NCBI RefSeq assembly: GCF_011386835.1 | Contig: NC_088810.1 | Coordinates: 21,452,001-21,516,000 of the forward strand | DNA length: 64,000 bases | Direction: 5' to 3' | Source of the DNA: Chrysemys picta bellii | Lineage: Eukaryota | Shown: piece after piece, positions 59,157-64,000 of the stretch | Position numbering within the stretch: position 1 is the stretch's first letter | Layout: each line of letters opens with the position of its first letter | Translations under genes and position numbers: made by a program | Notes under the pieces: model-generated | The model's input: the letters and a program-made list of their open reading frames with translations, nothing else | What the model was told of the DNA's origin: nothing | Database searches by the model: none

Positions 59157-62100
59157 TTAAGGAAGCAACTTGGCAGCCAGGACTCCTGGGTTCCTTTCCG
59201 AGCTCTGCCAGGGGAGACATTAGTGGTTAGAGCAGAGGGCTGGCAGGCAGGATTTCTAGGTTTAAACCCCTCTGCCAGTGATCCTGGGTGAGTGTCTTCC
59301 CTTCTCTGTGCCTGATTCCCCCCCGCAAAATGGGGTAAAATATTTGTCCCCCTAGGCTGTGAGTAGAAACCCCCCTCTCTCAGTGGAGTTGGGGAAAAGA
59401 GAAATTTAGGAGAGCTCGTAAAGTCGGTGAGGGGGGCGGGTGGGTCAAAGGTTATGGCCCCACCCACCAGCTGATCTTCATACAAATATTCTCCCTCCCC
59501 GGAATGGGTGTTTTGCTATTATCCAGTCTGTGAAAAGTCGTCTTCAATCTGTCCAGCCTGGAGGGAGGAACAGTCCCATGGGGGGGGGGGGGAGGCCGCC
59601 AATCACACTTCGCCAATGGCTCCCATAAGCTGGAAACTTTGTCTAAACAGCTCATACTTGGCAGGAAAAGGGGGTTGAGTCGTGAACTACCGGCAGGCAG
59701 AAAAAGGGCAAAATCCTGTAATTTACTTATAAGGAAAAATGTACCCAACTCCATGCAGGCAACTGCAAGGCACTGGCTCCCTCTAGTGGGCCAAACCTCT
59801 CCCTGCAGCCTAATTAGCCCCTGTGTGTTGCAAATGTAACATTAGAGCCCTGGGATAATAATAATGATGATGATTATTACAGCAACTGCTAAAGGCTCCA
59901 GTGGAGATCAGGGCCCCGTTGTGGCGGGCGCTGCCCAGATTAAGAGACGGTCCCTCCAGAGAGCTGGACAGTCTCAAGATACAAGAGACAAAGGGACGCC
60001 CAGGAAGAGTTCCCCTTTGTGTGAATCTGAAGTGAGATTCAGGGGTGGGTGGGCCCAGCCGAAGGGAAAGCAGATGGAGTGTTTGGGACAGGCAGGCTTC
60101 CTGCTCGCTGGCTGGCTATAAGGAGAAGAGAAAGAGATCTTAATTGCATCTCTCGGGCCTGTGGTAACGAAGGGCACATCAAGTATTGTTGTTTAAACAG
60201 ATCAGAAATGGCAGCTGAGATTAGATCACCTGCCCATTGGCTCAGGGTGGTTCCATGTGCTCCTCTGTTTATATGCCAATCGTTGCCAGAGAGCCGGGTT
60301 CCAATCCCGCCTACGTTGCCTTTTTTCTTTTGTGTTGTGTTTTTGCCCCTTTCCCTGACTTTCTGCAGTTACCCAGCTGGGCAGTTCAGGGCCCCTCGGC
60401 ACAGAAATGCTTCATTAAATCTGTCTAGTGAAATCGGCGGAAGCCCTGTGTTGATTACTTTGGTATAACACCTTGTCTACACAGGAAAGTTTGAGCAGTT
60501 ACCCCCCCCATGTGCACACACTGTTCCAAGTACCAACGTACCAAGTGTTTTTGTTTGTTTAGTTAAAACCACTTCTTCAGCAGCATAAATTAAACTGGGG
60601 AAAAAATAATAGCCCCTGGCTTTTATAATCCGTACCTCTCGACATGCTTTACAAAGGATCTCAGTGTCGTTATTGCCATTCTACAGATGGGGAAACTGAG
60701 GCACGGAGAGGCAAAGTGACTTGCTCCAGGCCATCCAGCAGCACAGCCCGGACTAGATTGCAGTTCACCTGAGCCCCGGTCCAGTGTGCTATCCACTAGG
60801 CCACACTACCTCCATCTGCCAGATACTCTTATCCCAGAATCAGGGTGGCTTATACCAGTATTACTGTTTCAGTTTAAATTCTCTCTGTAGGTTACATGGT
60901 GCAGTTATCCCAGGTGGACAAGACTGCAAGCTCTGGCCCCTCGTCAATGCCTGGACAGCACCTAGCACTTTATGGATGGGGCTACAAATGCACAATCAAG
61001 CTGTTGTGGCATGGCTGAGTTGGTGGAATCCTTGCAGTTCCAGTGTCCTTTAACCAGCTGGGGGTTCACTCCCCCCGACATGCAGTTTTATTCTACCTTA
61101 AGAGATCTGTCCCTCCTTTCTCTTCACACCTCAGCAGCCTCCTAGCCTTACCCTGTTTCCCCTCTGGGCATTTTGGTTAGAATATTTTTATCTGTCAAAC
61201 AGGTTTCCTGTTTGCAATCCCCCAGCTTCTGAGCCACAGAGCAAAGACAGAGAAAGGGGAAGAGACGTCTTTTTTAACAGATGATTCGCTCTGCTCTCCG
61301 AGCTCAGCAACTGCTAAGCAGAAGGCAGGAGATCCTGTGGTTCTGGGAACAGCCGGACTCAAATACCCTCGGATTTGCTGTTCCAGCTCCGGGAGAAATC
61401 AAGGCACTGGGCAATGGTGCTTCGAGTGGCGTTAAGAAAACTGCCCTAGCTTCTGCTTGCTGTAGGCCTCGATTTTCCATTGGGAAGACCTATCTCGGGG
61501 CTGTCTCAAGCGAACTTGATGGAAGGATCATATTTTTTTAACAGGTTTTCTCAGGGTCTTGCTCATTTCAGAGTTTGCTGCTGCTGCTTATGATTATTAT
61601 TCTTTATTTAAATCCCATGAAAATCTAGGAACTCTGAGTCACTTTATTTGGAGCCTGCTTTGCTGAGTCTGGGGGAGGTAGTTAAATAAAGAGGAGGAGG
61701 AGGAACGAAACAGATGGGATTGGTCAATATCAGAGGAAACTGGCCAGAATTCCCCACCAGGAGAGGTGTCATAGATCCGAGCTCTTTCATATCTATCGCC
61801 TCTCAACAGAAAACTAACCAGAGCGGGTTCATCTGAGCTGCCTACACACTGGGGAGACAAGACGTCTTGTTGTCCAGAAAAATTCTGGAGCGACTCTCCT
61901 GTATTGGTTCTGTGTGCGGTGGGATTTCTGGAAAGGACGCAGTCACAAGCCACCAGAAGGCTAGTTCCAAAGAAACACAAGAGGGGCACAATTACCGGGA
62001 GCCGAGAACTTGGTGAGTAAGGATAGATGCCACACAGAGTTTGTTCTCATCCACCCAAAGCAAACAGGTGGTTGTCTTTGTAATCAGCACATCCCCAGCT

Positions 62101-62306
62101 GGTGTAATTCAGCCGGGCTGCAGCGAAGTCAGCGGAGGGATGCTAACTTACCCGAGCGGGGGATCTGACCTTGCCTGGTTTTATTGCAGTGGGGAAGATC
62201 TCGGGGGATCTTCTGAACGGTCAGTGATGAGGTGTGGGAGGTGATCTACCGTCTTGTGGTGATCCTTTTAATCCGGCAAGTTTCGGAACAGGGGCTGCAA
62301 AATAGT

Positions 62307-62420
62307 CATCAAAATCGAATCAGAGAAATATAGGGCTGGAAGGACCCCAAGAGGTCCATATCCCCCCCCCCACCCCTGCTGAGGCAGGAGCATTTACCAA
62401 TCCATGCACAGAAATGATTT
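62307..62420 (-). mobile_element. CR1 3' remnant
   Basis: GAATCAGAGAAATATAGGGCTGGAAGGACCCCAAGAGGTCCAT. Confidence 0.5.
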
Positions 62421-63299
62421 GCCCGCTCCAGAGAAAAAGCAAAGGATATTTTTCCTTGCCTGAATGGATCAGACTTTTGCAAAGCTGTTTGTGTCCATCC
62501 ATGGGCTGCTTTTTGCTAGTCGGACAGGGAGACAGGGGAATGTCTGGATCAAAGGGTTGAGTCATCTATTTCTCCACAGCTCCCATCATTTTTGTCTGCC
62601 ATCCCTCCTCATTTGGGCACCAAGATATTTTGAAAGTGGGATTCTATATTTGGAAACTGACTGGCTTATTTTCCTCTTTATTGATTGATGCGAATAATAT
62701 TTATTTTGTGCAGCTGCTTAATGGAGATGAGGCTGATTTCAGTAAACAGCCCCTGCGGGCAGGGAGTGAGGAGTTATTTTTGGATCAGCGACCGGGGAGG
62801 GGGGGGACTCTTATCAATGGGAGCAGATTGGTACCTGTCACTGGGAACAGCGGCAGATGCGGCAGAAACCTCCTGAGTTTCTGCATTGCTTGGTTGGGTC
62901 TGTTTGGAGCAGACAGCTTTGGTTGCTAGCGCTGTTGAGTTAATTCACAATTCCCTGGCTTGACAGTGATGTGGGTTTTACACAGCTGAAAACAACCCAG
63001 CCCCGGGTGTTGACTGGTTTAAAATCCCGTTTGAAGCCTTCTGGAAATCGATGTCTGTGTAGGTTATGGAGCCTTTTCTCTTGTAGGTTGCTGTTGTTAC
63101 GGTTACACCAGGATATGTTAATGGCCATCAAGCAGGCCTTTGATCTAAGACAATCACAGACCTGGTTAAAGCTAAGCAGCCTTCTTCCAGGCTAAAGGGA
63201 AGGAGTAACTAAGCCCCCTTTTACACAGTGAGAGCTGGAAACAATAGAAGCCACCGCCCAAGGCAATGAGTGGCAAGGTCTGATCAAGATGCTAAATTG

Positions 63300-63605
63300 T
63301 GTGGGCTGAGGGGTTCCCTGGCTGCAAAGGCTGGGGTGAGGTGAGTGTTAGGCAGGCTGGGTGTGTGAACAGCAGACAGCAAGAGATGCAGTGTCGCGAG
63401 TGGCACTGAGAGAGAGCAGAGGCAGAGCTCCTTGGGCACAGAACGCACTGGAGAGGCAGGTGTGGGGATTACTGAACAAGGAAAATGATGGCTGTTGTTT
63501 GTTCCTACTGTGTTCAGGGGCACGAGACCTTGTGCTCATTCTTTGTAAATAAACAGGATTGCAGCAAAGAATATACCTGCCTCGTGTCATCGGTTTCTGA
63601 ATGAC
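63300..63605 (+). mobile_element. Probable LTR remnant
   Basis: CTTTGTAAATAAACAGGATTGC..AAAGAATATACCTG resembles the R/U5 end of reptile LTRs; boundaries approximate. Confidence 0.35.
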
Positions 63606-64000
63606 CCAGCAAGGCCCTGAATATTGGCTAAATGCTCGGACCAAAAGAGCAACAGAACCTTCTAATATGTGTCCAGTGGCTTCTGTGAAATGGGTCCATC
63701 TCAGACTGCCTTCCAGCAGGCCAGGTGTCAACGTGGCACATAACTGACTGGCTCTGCCTGGTGATCTTCTTGGGTCACGGAGCCCTAACTCCCCGTTAGG
63801 CCTTGGAGGGGATCCCAGCAAGGGCAGAGCTGAGGAACGTTGGCCGCACAGCTGAAGACCTGGCCCTGCATGTTTTCAAAGTCTCCTGCTGCCCCAGCGA
63901 TAGCTAAGAAGCTATGTAGGGAGCTTCCGCAGAGCTGACCCGGCTCTGAAATTGCATCGAATCTGGGTGCATCCTATTTGGTGGACAGTGCACTGGACTG

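Noticed and set aside
58200-64000. INSRR or NTRK1 exons expected by synteny
   Set aside because: No kinase, LRR or receptor-like peptide found in any frame; presumably beyond the window.

Overview
Vertebrate genomic DNA, almost certainly turtle (tRNA-head/CR1-tail SINE, Penelope-like hairpins, MITE families typical of turtles). It is GC-rich and shows the HDGF(-)/PRCC(+)/SH2D2A(-) order known from human 1q23. Genes: HDGF coding exon 1 only (20605-20691; exons 2-6 not found, so intron 1 is over 20 kb); complete 7-exon PRCC (28951-43387, 510 aa); complete 8-coding-exon SH2D2A/TSAd (57701-48859, 538 aa) plus a predicted non-coding last exon. The rest is TE-rich: solo LTR, CR1, MIR-like SINEs, hAT/Mariner/Harbinger MITEs, three Penelope-like elements and a 68-bp VNTR. 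Most interesting observations: (1) a stop-free RTE retrotransposon 3' fragment resembling invertebrate-type RTEs (horizontal-transfer candidate), whose 5' junction carries an ~80-bp inverted copy of its own flank inside the TSD; (2) minimal hammerhead-ribozyme motifs in three Penelope-like relics; (3) an array of ~11 ZNF143/THAP11-type motifs plus a CTCF site upstream of PRCC; (4) an HDGF leader with a uORF and a 109-codon in-frame open stretch; (5) an apparent 5-aa deletion in a conserved PRCC motif; (6) SH2D2A with a dual start, extra pY motifs and a splice donor abutting the stop codon. I found no convincing wholly new gene system. All family assignments and cross-species comparisons come from recall, not searches.
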